A stretch of 64,000 nucleotides of DNA, taken from Epithemia pelagica (Eukaryota > Protista > Bacillariophyta). The notes below the pieces were generated by a model. The model was not told the DNA's origin. It did no database searches and saw only the letters and a list, made by a program, of their open reading frames with translations. Both the position numbers and the translations under genes were made by a program. Shown here in pieces: positions 21,272 through 33,900 of the stretch; within the stretch, counting starts at the first letter, position 1, and each line of letters begins with the position of its first letter. The stretch lies in NCBI GenBank assembly GCA_946965045.2, contig OX337228.1, positions 372,001-436,000 of the forward strand, written 5' to 3'.

Positions 21272-21803
21272 AGTGTATGTAAGATGAGATAAAGCCGCTG
21301 TTATTGTGAAATACAAGTCGTTATCTCATGGTCATACCTCCAGGGTCGATGTTGGATCGGCAGGTGGTAGATGAGATCAAAGTACGATCAATAGGCGACT
21401 AACATGTTATATATCATTCAACGCTGGATATATTTTATACTCAAGACTGGGGTGGCGCGCATTGGGCTAGGGGAGGGGGCTGGAAAACCAATGAATGAAC
21501 AAGGCCGCTGTATTGTCGTCCGTATAACTTTACGAATATTTGCTACTATTGTCAAGTAAGTATACCGTTGGATTCTTGGGACAAAAAGGAATCAGATGCA
21601 AGTGTTCCCTGACAATTGTAGCCAATAATGGGTGAGTGGTAGTGCGTTGAAAATAGGTCAGTCTTTTGAGGCCAAAATTGGGTCTTATATTTAACAATAA
21701 TTAATCCATACAATACTCCAGAGTGACAGAAGCGTTTCTGGTCTGTCTGTTGTACGTGGTTTCGTCGTCCCGCGCGCACTATATACTAGGGGTGCTGGTA
21801 TTG

Positions 21804-22445
21804 ACCTCCCTTCATTCATCACGGTAGTGGAGGTGCGGTGGTCTGTAACACTCCGAATGTCGACTTCTTCTTCACACAAACGGCACCGTAGTTCCCAAAA
21901 GGATGTCAGGAAAGCCTTTGCGGCTCATCGCATTTTCGAAAGGTCCACGGCGTCCGATAGAGACGGTATAGAGAGAATAGAGAATCGCCAAAAGCCATCC
22001 TACCTCTACATTGCCGAATGACTCCTCCTCTCCTTTCCCTCTACCTTCTTCCAAAAGAGGTGATGCGACCTCCTCCAATTCCCCATACAGGACGCCTTTG
22101 GTGAACAACCCCCCGTATCAAGCTGCCGGCACCACGGGAAGACCGGAACCGTCCATCTTTTTGGACGCTGCTGCTGCCACCTCTCTGCCGACCATCCCTT
22201 CGGTGCATAGCAACTCCACAAAACCTCAGATTCGTGTTACCTCCCATCCTTCTTTTCCCCACGCGGCTCCCGTCAGTCTTTCCTCTGCTACCGAAGCAGC
22301 TCCCATCAATTCTTCCTCCAATCCACAGCCTGGACAGACAAGGCTCTTTTCGACATTCTTTGAAACAGACGTGGATCCTTCGGTCATGTGGAGTTTGGCA
22401 CTCAATCTTCTCCTCCAAAGGCAATGCACATCCTACCATCATCAG
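21804..22445 (+). repeat. Internal segment of the 10-bp-TSD family, inverted copy at about 59775-60432
   Basis: Near-identical ORF translations (MSTSSSHKRHRSSQKDVRKAF..., MPNDSSSPFP...). Confidence 0.9.
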
Positions 22446-23964
22446 TTTTTATGTTTCTACTACATTAGCATATACAATCGCAGGACGGAATGACAATGCG
22501 GATCATCAGCACATTCGTCATCACCTGTGAAATGTCGTCAAACGAAAAAATGAATGAACCCCGATCCCATTAGCACGAATGCAATTTTGTGAATACTAGC
22601 AAAAACATTTTTTTATCACGTCCGTCGCCTCGATGCATTATCCGTAGTTGTGCTATCGTAAGATTGTCTTTCTTCTTCGTAGATCGTAGAGCTGTCGTCG
22701 TTGCCGTCGTATATGGAGTGTGTGGATTGTGGATTTGTGGATCCGACAATCGTCTGTCATTCTATCCGTTGAAGCACACTCGCATGACAAAACTACGGAT
22801 AACTGTTAAGTTTCTAGTAAGAACGTTGATGCGAGTGCGGGGGGTAAGCCCCCGCACTCGCACCTTCACCCGCATCAATGTTCCGATGATAAGTTAGAGG
22901 GTAAGCGCTCACCAAATGCGATTTGCTCACCGTGAGCATCTGCGATTCGGAAGCAAATGTGTCGGTCATTGTAGGTCATTGTAAATTTTGGGTCTGTTCC
23001 CTTGCGGATGCTGCACGCCACTCATCATATTCGTCTTTTGTTAAGAGGTGCCTCAACCCACAACCTCTTCGGCGGCCATGCGAATCCTCTGTTCGGCTTC
23101 CTCCTACGCCACTACTTCAACAATCAACGATATGCAAAGAGGTGCTCGTGGTATTGTGGTGGTAAGTGACGCTTCGACTTGATGCCACTCGCACGAGATG
23201 TGATCTATCATATGGCGGATGACAACATGACGGATGGCAATCGAGCTCTCAACTCTCAATCTCGAGTCGTTTGTCCTCGTTGAAAATAATGAGGGCCATG
23301 AGCTAGGACAACAACAACCTCAACACTTTCCTCCCTTGGCTTGGCATGGTTCGACCCTTGCTGGATGCTTAGAGAAACGATATCGGATGTTCTATCTGTG
23401 CTGGTACCCGGAACTGTCCCGTCATTTGCATATCCTACGATATGGGACGATCGTATATCAACTACCTAGTAGAGTACTCCCTCCTGAAACTTTTAGTGGA
23501 TCGTTTTTTTCGTCCAAAATCAGTCGCATAAAGTTTTGCCGTAGACTCTGGTACAAAGCTACAGGGGGATGGCCGGCTCATTCGGAGTATACAAACTGAT
23601 GAATACCATGGGGAACATATAGATTGACATGCGCGCCTCCACACTATTGCTACAATTTTTGGCGACGGACGAGAGAAACTTCACTTGACAATGGGCATCA
23701 AAGAAGACAATGATAAAAGCCCTGTTACGGCCTTTGCCGTATATTTCTTACTTTTATATTGCCCTGGGAAGGTCTCATGAAGAGGCCGTGGAGCTAGAGA
23801 TGGAGGTAACTGGAGCAAAAGCTACTTTTGCTATCTTTAATTTATGAGCCCGGTCGCACATAGTCATGTTGAGCGCCCAATGCGCAAATCGCAAAATCGC
23901 GGATCGATAGAATGGACTGTAAAAGCGCGACGCGATTTGGAAGAAATTTTGGTGAGCATGAGCA

Positions 23965-24076
23965 AAATTCGGTCATGATGTTGGGTCATATCTTTAAAAG
24001 AGTGACTATTACATTCCTCTATCCTAGAGGGCCTATCCTTCGCTAAATTCTCGCCCATAACCGCGACCATTTCTCG
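23965..24076 (-). repeat. Copia 3' LTR (112 bp)
   Basis: Identical to 30158-30269. Confidence 0.93.
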
Positions 24077-24214
24077 GTCCCCTCGCGATTCACTGGCCAT
24101 TTGATAGGGTAATCGTGTCCAAGTATATCTCATTCCTACTCAATCTGTTTAAAGCTTGCTCCATAACAAGTACAGGACGTACCCGACCCTGTAATCATTA
24201 CAGTGGGAAACGCA

Positions 24215-27200
24215 CTAATATAGGATCAAAGAGGCCAACCTTGTCCTCTCACTTCCTGATTGGATCTTTGTCAAAAGGTCGGCAAGGTTAGTACGTGATG
24301 GTTCGTAAGCAATGCGATATGTTCCGTTAGCAACGTTCTCACGGACGAAATGATACGCAATTGCATTCGATTTTTTTCGCAGTGTCGAAGATGGTTTTGA
24401 ACTATTCTGCACCACAGACATGTTGTCCACTCGAACATGTGTATGCCCTTCTAGGGGAACACCCATCATCCTCAACTTGTACCTTAAACCTTTGATCATC
24501 TCAATGCCGACTTTAAGGGCCATGAACTCAGACCCAAAAGTGGATGTCTCCACACTGGTCTGCTTCTTACTGTACCAATTTACAGGCGCCCTGTTTAAGA
24601 AGATCAATATACCTGTTCTTGATCTCCTCGTCACTAAATCGCCAGCATGGTCAGAATCGACAAATGCTGTCATTTGCACAGATTTACCCAGTGGTTCTGG
24701 GCAGTCTGGTGGAATCTCCTCCTTTGCATCGGGGTAAAAAGAATTCCAGTCTGCGTTCGGTTCTTCCCCATGTGTAATGTAACTGGGGTCAAGGACCAAC
24801 CTTGAACGATCATGCGTATTAATATACGCGAAAATATGCAGCATCGCATGTACGTGTCCTTCCCTTGGTCCAGCCAAAAATGCCGCTAACATCGATACTT
24901 CAGCCGTAATGTCAATACGGCCAAACTCGACTAAGCATCTCAACACTCCCATTTGTTGCTGAAAGAAATTCATCCAATCATGATCACAATAAGCACTCGT
25001 GTCAAGCTCTGGACGATAGTTTGCTGGAAGAACACCTGCTGTTCTCGTTTTGAATTGCATTCCTCTTGACTCCATCCAATTTTGAACATTCCTGATGGCT
25101 TCCTTGGCATACCGTCTTGAGCTTAAAGCCCAGCACCGCTTTGAAGTATCCCCGTCAATGTCGAAGGTCTCGACTTGGTTTCGAAGATACAATTTCGGTG
25201 GTCCAATGGAATCCAGCTTTAGCAGATAATGCTGGTCAAGCATGTTAAGAATCTCTTTCCCTTGGTTTGATTGTACGAGCACATCGTCTATATAAATGAA
25301 GACCATCTCGTAGTACCTTGTGCCATCCAGTTTCGTCGCTGCTCTTAGATAAACATCTGGGTCGGCCCGGCAAGGGCTAAACCCGAGGGACTCTTGTAAG
25401 GTAGTTGATAGGTGCTCTCGCCAAGCAAAGGCACTAGTCTTGAGGCCATAAAGGGCTTTGGTGATTATTGCGAACCGACCTTCATATTCCTTTCCAAATT
25501 CCAATCCGCACTTGAAACAGATCTTCTCATGGCACGGCGCATTAAGGTAAGCACCAGCAATATTGGCGGCAATTACTTCGATATCATTCAAAGCAGCTAA
25601 GAGAAACCCAATTCTGACGCTTTCCCTTGATACCACGCAAGCGTACGTTGGGGTCTCTGGTTCTTGAGTCTTATGGCCACCTGCCACGAAGCGTGCTTTC
25701 CTTGTGAAATCCATTTTCACATCGAAAACGATGTGGTATGGAATCATCTGATGCCCAACTGGGTGTTGAGCACCTTCATCTAGTATCTTGACGGCCGGGA
25801 AAATTTTCGACTTTTCCAGACGGAGGGCTTTAGCCCAGAAATCAGTTCCTGTCTCCTTATCGATTTCCAACGCCCGTTCGACTGTCTTAGGGATTTCGAT
25901 CCCATACTTCTGCCATTTTCGCATATATCGCGTTGTCTTGGCTGCCTTAATCAATCGATCCCGTCGCTTTAGAGCAAAATTGACCCACCATGCGAAAGCT
26001 GGCTCTTTATCGAGCAAGTTTGCCACTGCGTATTCTGCTACTTCCAGAGGGTTTGATTCTTTCAAATCCTTTAGGTTCTCCCAGCTGGTTGTACCGTCAC
26101 GCCACTGCACACAGAATGACCATCCTCTCGTCGTACGTTTCTTGTGTTCCCTTCCATTTAGCATTATAGTGCCATTGGATAAGGGAATCGCCGATGCATC
26201 TTTCTTGTGATCTATGATTTGATCGATGAGACAATATTTGTTTCCTTCATCGTCTAATTGCTCGTAGATATTTTCCGCTATCAAGTTGGCTGCATAAGAT
26301 TCCACATGTCCGTCTTGAAACTCTACCTCATACATGGAGGTGTCGAGGAACGGATTAGAGGATGCACGCCCAACCAAGTTACCTTCGGAATCTCTTTTGC
26401 GTCGTTTGACTTGGCCTGATCTTAAAGAATCTCCCAGAGGAAGCATTACCTTTGCAGAGATAAGCTTATCATGCGAGTCAACCTTGTGCTCATCCATGTC
26501 GGGTTTACGCACGTCTCCTTGTTCGTCGTCTTCATAGGCCTCATAATGGGGAGTCGCCGTATTGTATTCGTCCGGCTCGTCTTCGTCCCCTGGAGGTAAT
26601 CCATCTGCTCTGTTTCCTAATGCTTCTCTGAGCGAGTCGTTGAACTGCTCCTTCTGTGCGGTGAAAGTCTCATCGTGAGATTTCTCCACTGACAGTGGCC
26701 AAACAGAGGTTCTGTGAACGATCTTTCCTTTGGCCGTGAGTATCTTACTGCTCATGGCTTGGCCAACACTGTCACTCGGTCCTAGCCACCGCCCCAATTT
26801 TCTTCCTTCAAACCTTGGATTAGAATACCAAACCGGATCGTACCAACGGTGCTCGACTAAGTGCGAAATATCCGGTGTATCTCCAGTTAGGATCTTCATA
26901 GGAGGGCCTTCCATTAGAGGACTTGATGTCAGAACTGTATGGGACCATCTCTTAGCCATCAGCTCCAAACAATGGTCCCAAAGGACCGCGGGGCAGTTAG
27001 TTCTCTTCATCTCTCGGCGGTACATTCGTTTTAATTCTCGAATATTCGCTTCTGCCAAGTTTTGGTTCGGTGTCCAAGCCTCTATGGGCCGAATTCGGCA
27101 ACCGAACTTATGGGCAGTTTTCCTTAATTGCCCACTGGTTAGTTCCGGTGCATTATCCGGAATTACGTTATTGAAGATGCCAAAATCATTGAACGCCCTT

Positions 27201-28123
27201 TCCAACGTGGCGTGTGCATCCTTCTTCCTCATCATTGGGTAGAATTGAACCCAGCCGAAGTCTGTCGCGTATATCTGCCCACAAGTGTTTTGGGCCAAAG
27301 ACTTGGTGTCAGAAAACAGAGTGTCTGTATACACATCTGCTCTTAACCTTCGGTGCTTGAGTTGGTAAGCGGTATGCTTCAACCTTTTGCTGCCAACTGA
27401 GTCAGAGAAATCTCTCACTCCCAGTTGTGTTGTCGCAGCACATGTCTTCTCGGCTGTCGGGATCCCTATCCCCCATCTTGATGACAGCGTTATGGGATCA
27501 ATCGTCCCCTTTCTTCGATGCCGTATATCGGCTATCGCTCTTGTATTTACACGCACCATTCGGGCCATTCTTTGGTGTAAAGTTCTTGGTTCCTTTTCCC
27601 TGATCGAATCATTACCCAAATCAACTCGGAGTTTACTTTCATCAACGTCTTCAGTTGAGTCATTCGGACTCCATTCTGGGGATTGGTTCGTCATTTGGAT
27701 TCTGTTCATTGGATCGATGTCGCGTATTTTGTCCCATGTTGGTTTCCTTACGGTGAAGCTACTCATCACTCCAATCAAATCAAAGGGGATGACAAGTTTC
27801 TCATTACTATCACTCAATGGGGCGACGATCGAATGGGAAGTTGCTTTTCTTTCATCTGCCGGCAAGTATTATAACGGCACGTCATTGACTGTAAGTCCTG
27901 CTTCCCTCATTTGGTTCATCATCGGGAGATGCAAAGATTGGTGGAAGTATAAGAGGTACGTTTCACCAGTTGCTTGATCTTTGTATGCGACAACACCTGT
28001 TACAATCGGTGTTTCTTTGATGCTACCGAGAGTGTTTGTGAAGCCACTGACCTCTGCCTTGTCTGTCTCGTAAAGAACAAGGCAAACGTTTCCTAAACAG
28101 CATGTGTCGGCATGACTGTCCAA
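24215..28123 (-). CDS. pol: Copia pol (PR, IN, chromo-like, RT, RNase H) with in-frame TAA at 27869-27871
   Basis: ELDSHADTC (PR); YTDTLFS/DNAPE/NLAEANIRE (IN); YLNAP, IYIDDVL (RT); FVDSDHAGDLVTRRSRTG (RH). Confidence 0.92.
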
Positions 28124-28177
28124 TTCGCATGTGGCGACTTTGGCCGTAACTTCACTGGCTAATGTACTGACTGATCG

Positions 28178-29710
28178 TCAGACCTTGTTCTTGCCCTTCT
28201 TCCTCTGACTCATGATTGCTCCAATACCTGCTTCCTTTTCTTCATTCTCCCCATCGCTACTGAGAGAGTCTTCTGTCGTTGTGGTCGAACCATTTTCTGT
28301 CTTCTGTTTCTTTCTTCCAGAACGGATAGCAGATGCAGTTCTCTTCTTGGTGCTACTATTCTGCGCGTCTCTGACGCTTCGTACCATTTCTTGTTGCTCT
28401 TTAGAGAGCTTTATCCATTGTCTGAGCGGGAAATACCGGTTGGGATTGAACGCCTCGTTGTCGTGGATGGTCTTTTTCTTGTTCTTGTTATTTGGCGTCC
28501 CCCCGTTGTTCTTCCTATTGTTCGTTTGCACAGCGGAGATTCTTGCCTTTCTTGTCGTTGCGCTATAAGAAACCTTGTTATCAAGGACCTCAGCCATATA
28601 ATTCGAAGCAGTCTCGAAAGAGGCTCTTAGTTCCGGAGTGGCCAAGATAGTATTCTTAGCGCTCTCCAATCTAGGATCGTGAATTCCAGTCATGAGGACT
28701 CGAACTTTCCGCTCGTTACTGACAAATTCTCCTGTACTTTCGAGATCGGTAAAAGCCCTTTGTAAGGACTCAATATACTTCTCATAAGTATAATGACGTT
28801 TTGTTCCGTCGTAGTAGTTGGTTTCCAACGCCTGATCAGCTTTTGCACGGAGTCTTGTTTGGTAGGCATCTCCGAAATAGTGAGTCTTTAAGGCCAAGTA
28901 TGCTTGCCTACCATTCCTTGTACGACTGAAGGCCTGTACCCATCCCCAGCCTGGTCCATCATGGGTTACGTGACAGATTGCATCCCAAACTGCCTCATTG
29001 TCAGTGAGGGCAGTGGGTCCGCTGTGGGGAGCACGACGTATCAATTCTGCCGAAATGCTTGGGCGTCCATAGCCAGCGTCCATATTTGTTGGGGGAATCG
29101 TTTGCATCGTACGGGTGTACGCGGCTAAAGGGATTCCGGTACAACCACGTTTGCGCTCGAGATAATCATTTAAGTCCTCAAGGACGACTCGAATATTCTC
29201 CACCGCAGTAAGGCGTTCGGGGACTTCGATGTCGTTGTCATATTCGTCTTCACTGGTCTTGAAGCGATACAAATCTTGTAAGCCTTGTAAGTTCGCGTGA
29301 TTTGCTCCTGGATCAAAATCCCTAGAGATTTTCTTGAGGTGGTGAACATAGTAGCGAACCATCTTCAAACGCTTCTCAATGACATGGCCGACGAGGACAC
29401 CTGGATTCGTAATTGTCTGGGGTACGCCAGCAACAGGTGCAGCGGCATCATAAGCAGGGTTAGGTATCGTTCCCCCTGGCTTCCGAGCGTTGTTACAGAT
29501 TTCAGCGATGTCTTCTTCTGTGAGACCTTCAAAATCGCTAATAGACACTAATCCTTGTCCATTCAAAGCGTCGCGGACTCCTTGGTCGGAAATCAACAAT
29601 ACATTCTCGAAGTAGGTGTTAAACTGCGTAAGTAGTTGCGCAGCTGTAGGAGGCGCCGGAGGAGCGTCGGGGTCAGCGACAGGAGGGCCAGGAGGAGCAG
29701 GTTCAGCCAT
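28178..29710 (-). CDS. gag: Copia gag
   Basis: 510-aa ORF after the 5' leader, basic C-terminus, in frame with the protease. Confidence 0.9.
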   Translation of the reverse strand: MAEPAPPGPPVADPDAPPAPPTAAQLLTQFNTYFENVLLISDQGVRDALNGQGLVSISDFEGLTEEDIAEICNNARKPGGTIPNPAYDAAAPVAGVPQTITNPGVLVGHVIEKRLKMVRYYVHHLKKISRDFDPGANHANLQGLQDLYRFKTSEDEYDNDIEVPERLTAVENIRVVLEDLNDYLERKRGCTGIPLAAYTRTMQTIPPTNMDAGYGRPSISAELIRRAPHSGPTALTDNEAVWDAICHVTHDGPGWGWVQAFSRTRNGRQAYLALKTHYFGDAYQTRLRAKADQALETNYYDGTKRHYTYEKYIESLQRAFTDLESTGEFVSNERKVRVLMTGIHDPRLESAKNTILATPELRASFETASNYMAEVLDNKVSYSATTRKARISAVQTNNRKNNGGTPNNKNKKKTIHDNEAFNPNRYFPLRQWIKLSKEQQEMVRSVRDAQNSSTKKRTASAIRSGRKKQKTENGSTTTTEDSLSSDGENEEKEAGIGAIMSQRKKGKNKV

Positions 29711-30157
29711 GGTTTCTTCTTGTTAGTATCTTCGTTGGACTCTTTCAGACTTTAACGTATTCGGAAGTGTGTTTTACTTCATTTCTTCCGACTGTCCAGT
29801 GATTCATCGACTGGCGATCCTAAAGGTAGAAAGCGTGCACAGCTGCATTCTTTATCGGCCAGCGTCACATAGGTGAAAGCGCATGGTCGCATGGCAGGCT
29901 TGTCTTTTCAACGGCAAAGACTGGCGCGTCCGCCATTGCCCGAAGTGTGCGCATATGCAGACCACACTTCTGAACTAGTCTTGTTCACTCCCCGTTGCAG
30001 GTTGAACATATTCTAAGACTAGTAGAAGATTTTCTTATATCTTCCATGGGCAGATCATAATGGACCTTGTCGTCCGATCTAGATATTTCTCGACCTTCTC
30101 AGGCCCATTGTGCCATAGCTTCTCCATTAGAATCAGAGTCTTGGGTCTGATAAACCA

Positions 30158-30269
30158 AAATTCGGTCATGATGTTGGGTCATATCTTTAAAAGAGTGACT
30201 ATTACATTCCTCTATCCTAGAGGGCCTATCCTTCGCTAAATTCTCGCCCATAACCGCGACCATTTCTCG
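30158..30269 (-). repeat. Copia 5' LTR (112 bp)
   Basis: Identical to 23965-24076. Confidence 0.93.
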
Positions 30270-30929
30270 TGAGCACCAAAATCGCGCTTTTGCGCGCGAC
30301 GATATCGAATGGGCCCTCCTCAACAGGGTGTGGAAGTCACTAGCGAAAAATTTTCTAAGTTCTGCAACTTTTGAACTTTTTCACCATAATTTCACAAATC
30401 AAATCACATTACTAGCCTTTCTCAAACGAACTTTTTTCACAAAGTCAAATTGCTCACATTTTTCATCGAACTTGACTTGGACCCATCCAACTTAGTTATT
30501 TACAAGCTCTTATTACCGGAACATTGGAACACACCAATGTAATTATCCAAGTTGCAATTTTTTCACATAGTTCAATCAAGTTACATGTCTCCACTTAGTG
30601 ACTCGAAGTCTGAAGTCTAATTGCAAGTCTCAAGATTAGAACTAAATTCTCCAAATCAAGTTGTAATTTTACTTCATTGCAACTAGTGTCAGTGTCGACT
30701 GTTGACACTTGACACTTGGTCACTTCGCACTATCCTACAGTAACAAACACAGTCAACAAGATATAATCGGTACTGGCCCCTTACCTCTTTCTTACCTCTT
30801 AACACTGAACCCACACACAATCTCTTCACCTCTGCTGTGGCTTGTTGCAGCGTTACAGCACACGAATGAGGTGTGATTTTTCCAGTTGACACTGTCGGAA
30901 TCAAACAACCAATCTCTGGTTGAAAGCAC

Positions 30930-33900
30930 ATGTCTTTGTTGCCAATCGAGGACATTGAAGTAGATTTGAACTCCCCTGCTGTTTCCAGTCTTTCATCAGC
31001 GACATTCATGTATGCCATGGCTCCCCAAAGAAAGAATCAACAGCAGTCATCTCAATCCTCCAAAGAAGCTCGACTATCGTCAGCAACTGGAGGTGACGAC
31101 AACAATGAAGAACCCACGAACCCACCGACAACAACCAATGAAAGAGAAAATGAAAACCAGGCGCCTCCTACAACAGCCAACAATGAAGACAACTCTCAAC
31201 AAGTTGCTGCTCCTGCTCCTACGGACGAGGGACCCTTGACACAAAGCCGAAAGGATGAAATCAAACAAGAGAAATCATATGTCTCGTTTTGTCCACCTCC
31301 GAAGAAGCTCTTTCGAAATTTCCAAAATTCGTTCTTTGGAAAAGTTCGTTACCTGAACTTCAAGAAATTGACCAGCACGAAGAAGACCTTAAAATCAAAC
31401 CCCGCTGTCAATTTGGGGAAAATGCCAGGTTTATTTTCGTGTCTGCAATTGTTAGAGTCAGCTTCTGACGAAGACAAAGAAATGAACGATGGCTATCATT
31501 CCATTGTAAAGAAGCTTGTTGTTTGTCCACATTGCTTCGACGACCCGACTGTTAGTCTCGACAAATGTCTCCTTGGTCTTGGCAGAGGCCTTTCGTCCAA
31601 CATCAGCACACACTTTGGTAAATACCACCCCGAAGTCGTGGAAGATACTGCCTCTGTTGCAACCGACCCTACTCAACAACCCATTTCCATGTATTCTGGC
31701 ACAATGGTTAGCAAACAAGATGCCAGAGTAATGTTTCATCAGTCAATTTATAAGTTCGTGAATGACTGTGGTTTCCCGGCATCAACTGTTGAGAAGGAAT
31801 CGTTTCGAGATCTTCTTAAGTGTGCAATTGCCAACGCCCCAAAGCTCAAGGAAAAGGACTGTTCCATAAGCAACAAAGCAATCACTCGGATGAGATTGGA
31901 GTCCTATAATGATTTTCTCAAGACCGTTACGGAACTTGGAGAAAACGTACGACAAGCGTACCATGATCTATGCAACAAACCCATCGCCTTTTCTACAATA
32001 ACACACGACATCTGGCAGGGAAATGACAAGGATGTCCTTGGGGTTTGTTTGATGTTCACCGATCCTCGGAACTGTAAATCTTACAGACTCCCGATTGGCC
32101 TTTGCTCAACAAAGGGTCATACAGCAAAACAAGTAGCCGACCACACCTCATCAATCCTCAACGCTGTCGGCTTTACGCAACAAGACCTCTCTGCCTCCGT
32201 GAATGACAACACGAACTCCGCCGTGTTGGCTGGAAAGTATATAGTGGGTAATAAGACAGGCGGCAAGTGCGACATGCACAGGGCCGAACTGATCTTGAAA
32301 CACTCCACAGGTCTGGCAGTCCGGAAAAAAAAAGGCGAAGTGGTGGACAGTAACGAGGAATTCATGACTGTTTATAGAAAATTCTTCAAATTTGCAGCAT
32401 GGATGATGAGTTCGCGTGCCAAAAGATTTGAAAAGATACGTTCCTACGCCCTAAAACATGGGAGGAAGGTCATCAAAGTCTCTATGCCGAATACAACCCG
32501 TGTTGGAGGCTGCATCATTACCTTTCATGACCTATTCCGGAACAAATTTGTAACGGATATGTATGCAAAAGAGCAATTTGAGTACAAGGACGACGAATTC
32601 ATTAAACATTATCCCTCTGAAGAAGACTGGCAGCTCTTGGCCGAATTCGAGGGAATCTTGGCCCCACTCAAACAAGTCTCCATGTCACTCCAAGTTGACG
32701 ACCCTTCTGCATCGGCTTGTTCATTGCTGGAAATCTTCACCAGCAAGCATTGTGTGGAAGTTATGAAAGATAAGGGAGTGCCCGTGTTGACTGTTACTGG
32801 GCCTAATGCACGCCCATGGGATGCCAGTCTCACCATCGCCAAGCTTCAAGCGTATCGAGACATTGTAACATACGACAAATTGTCAGAAAAGAGTCAATTG
32901 TTGATCGAGCGAGTACTTGTGGAATACACAAACTACATTGAGGAAGGCCATGACTCCCACGCTGAACACGCCATGTGTGGACATCCTTTCCTTGCATCTT
33001 ATGGTCCCAACATACTGAAAACCATAAATGTTTACGACGATGAGAGTCTTAAACGGATTCGGAAAGAATTTGTGATGGACATTGTCCGCAAGTTCTCGCA
33101 GCCAAAGAAGAATGGCACCAATCCCCAATCCAAGTCGAATCAGCAGGAACGTGAACAACAAAAGGAAAGTACACCCGTGGAGATCATCGAGGACGAAGAG
33201 GAAGAGTCTTCAGTCCCAAAAGCTGTCTCTAATGTAATGGACTGCTTTAACATCTTCAAGACACATCGCATCACCAAGGAGAAAGAAAATGCTGCACTAA
33301 TGGAGGCGACGGCGACAAGTACCAGTACAGATGACCAAGTTGATAGAGCCAAGCTATACAAGATGTGTGATGAACAGTTCGGACGCTATCTCGAATTTTG
33401 CGAGAACGTTGTCCATGGATCCTGGGAGGACTTGATTCGCCAGTATCCCACTGCCGCATTTCTGAAACTATCTGGTTCGTGGAACCCTGAAAAACAACAA
33501 GAATTCAAGTTGGCCTGTACGGAACACTATTTCCATGTCGTTGGGAAATATTTTGACGTCTTGAAATGGTGGTCCGACAACAAGATGCTATTCCCCAAAC
33601 TCTTTCCTAGTGCCTTGATTTGGATATCGAAACCTGCGACAAACGCATTCCAGGAACGCGTGTTCTCTCGGTCGTCGTTCATGGATAGGAATCCCTTGAT
33701 GAGACGCCAACTAGACAAGAACTTTGAAATGCGCACTATGGAAAGTATTACAAGGGAGGTGCGCTCTGAGATTGTCAAGAATGAAAAGCTACTCAAACAA
33801 GGCGCGACCTCCGACGAAAAAAAGGCAGCCAGTGGCCGCCAAGCAAAGAAGGTGATAGATCTCAGCCAGGAATCTAAAGGGGAAGAAGTCAGTCAGGTAC

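Larger units (their letters stand above)
15267..21803. mobile_element. 6.5-kb TIR DNA transposon with RAG1/Transib-like transposase (decayed)
   Basis: The segment is absent from the related copy, where the flanks join as CATTA-CCTCCC (near 60432, minus strand). Imperfect TIR CAAT..ACC..AGCACCCCTAG(C/T)ATA at both breakpoints. No clear TSD. Confidence 0.72.
23965..30269 (-). mobile_element. Ty1/Copia LTR retrotransposon, diatom CoDi-like
   Basis: Identical 112-bp LTRs; TGAGCA duplicated at 23959-23964 and 30270-30275; order gag-PR-IN-RT-RH; PBS-like TGGTTTATCAGA and purine tract GAGGGGA next to the LTRs. Confidence 0.95.

Noticed and set aside
22900-23870. Short ORFs in the spacer (also 46300-47650)
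   Set aside because: No motifs, repeats or splice model that I could support; left unannotated.
27869-27871. Second programmed readthrough in Copia pol
   Set aside because: TAA-TAC is not a leaky context, and a short deletion seems present just upstream; more likely a lesion.
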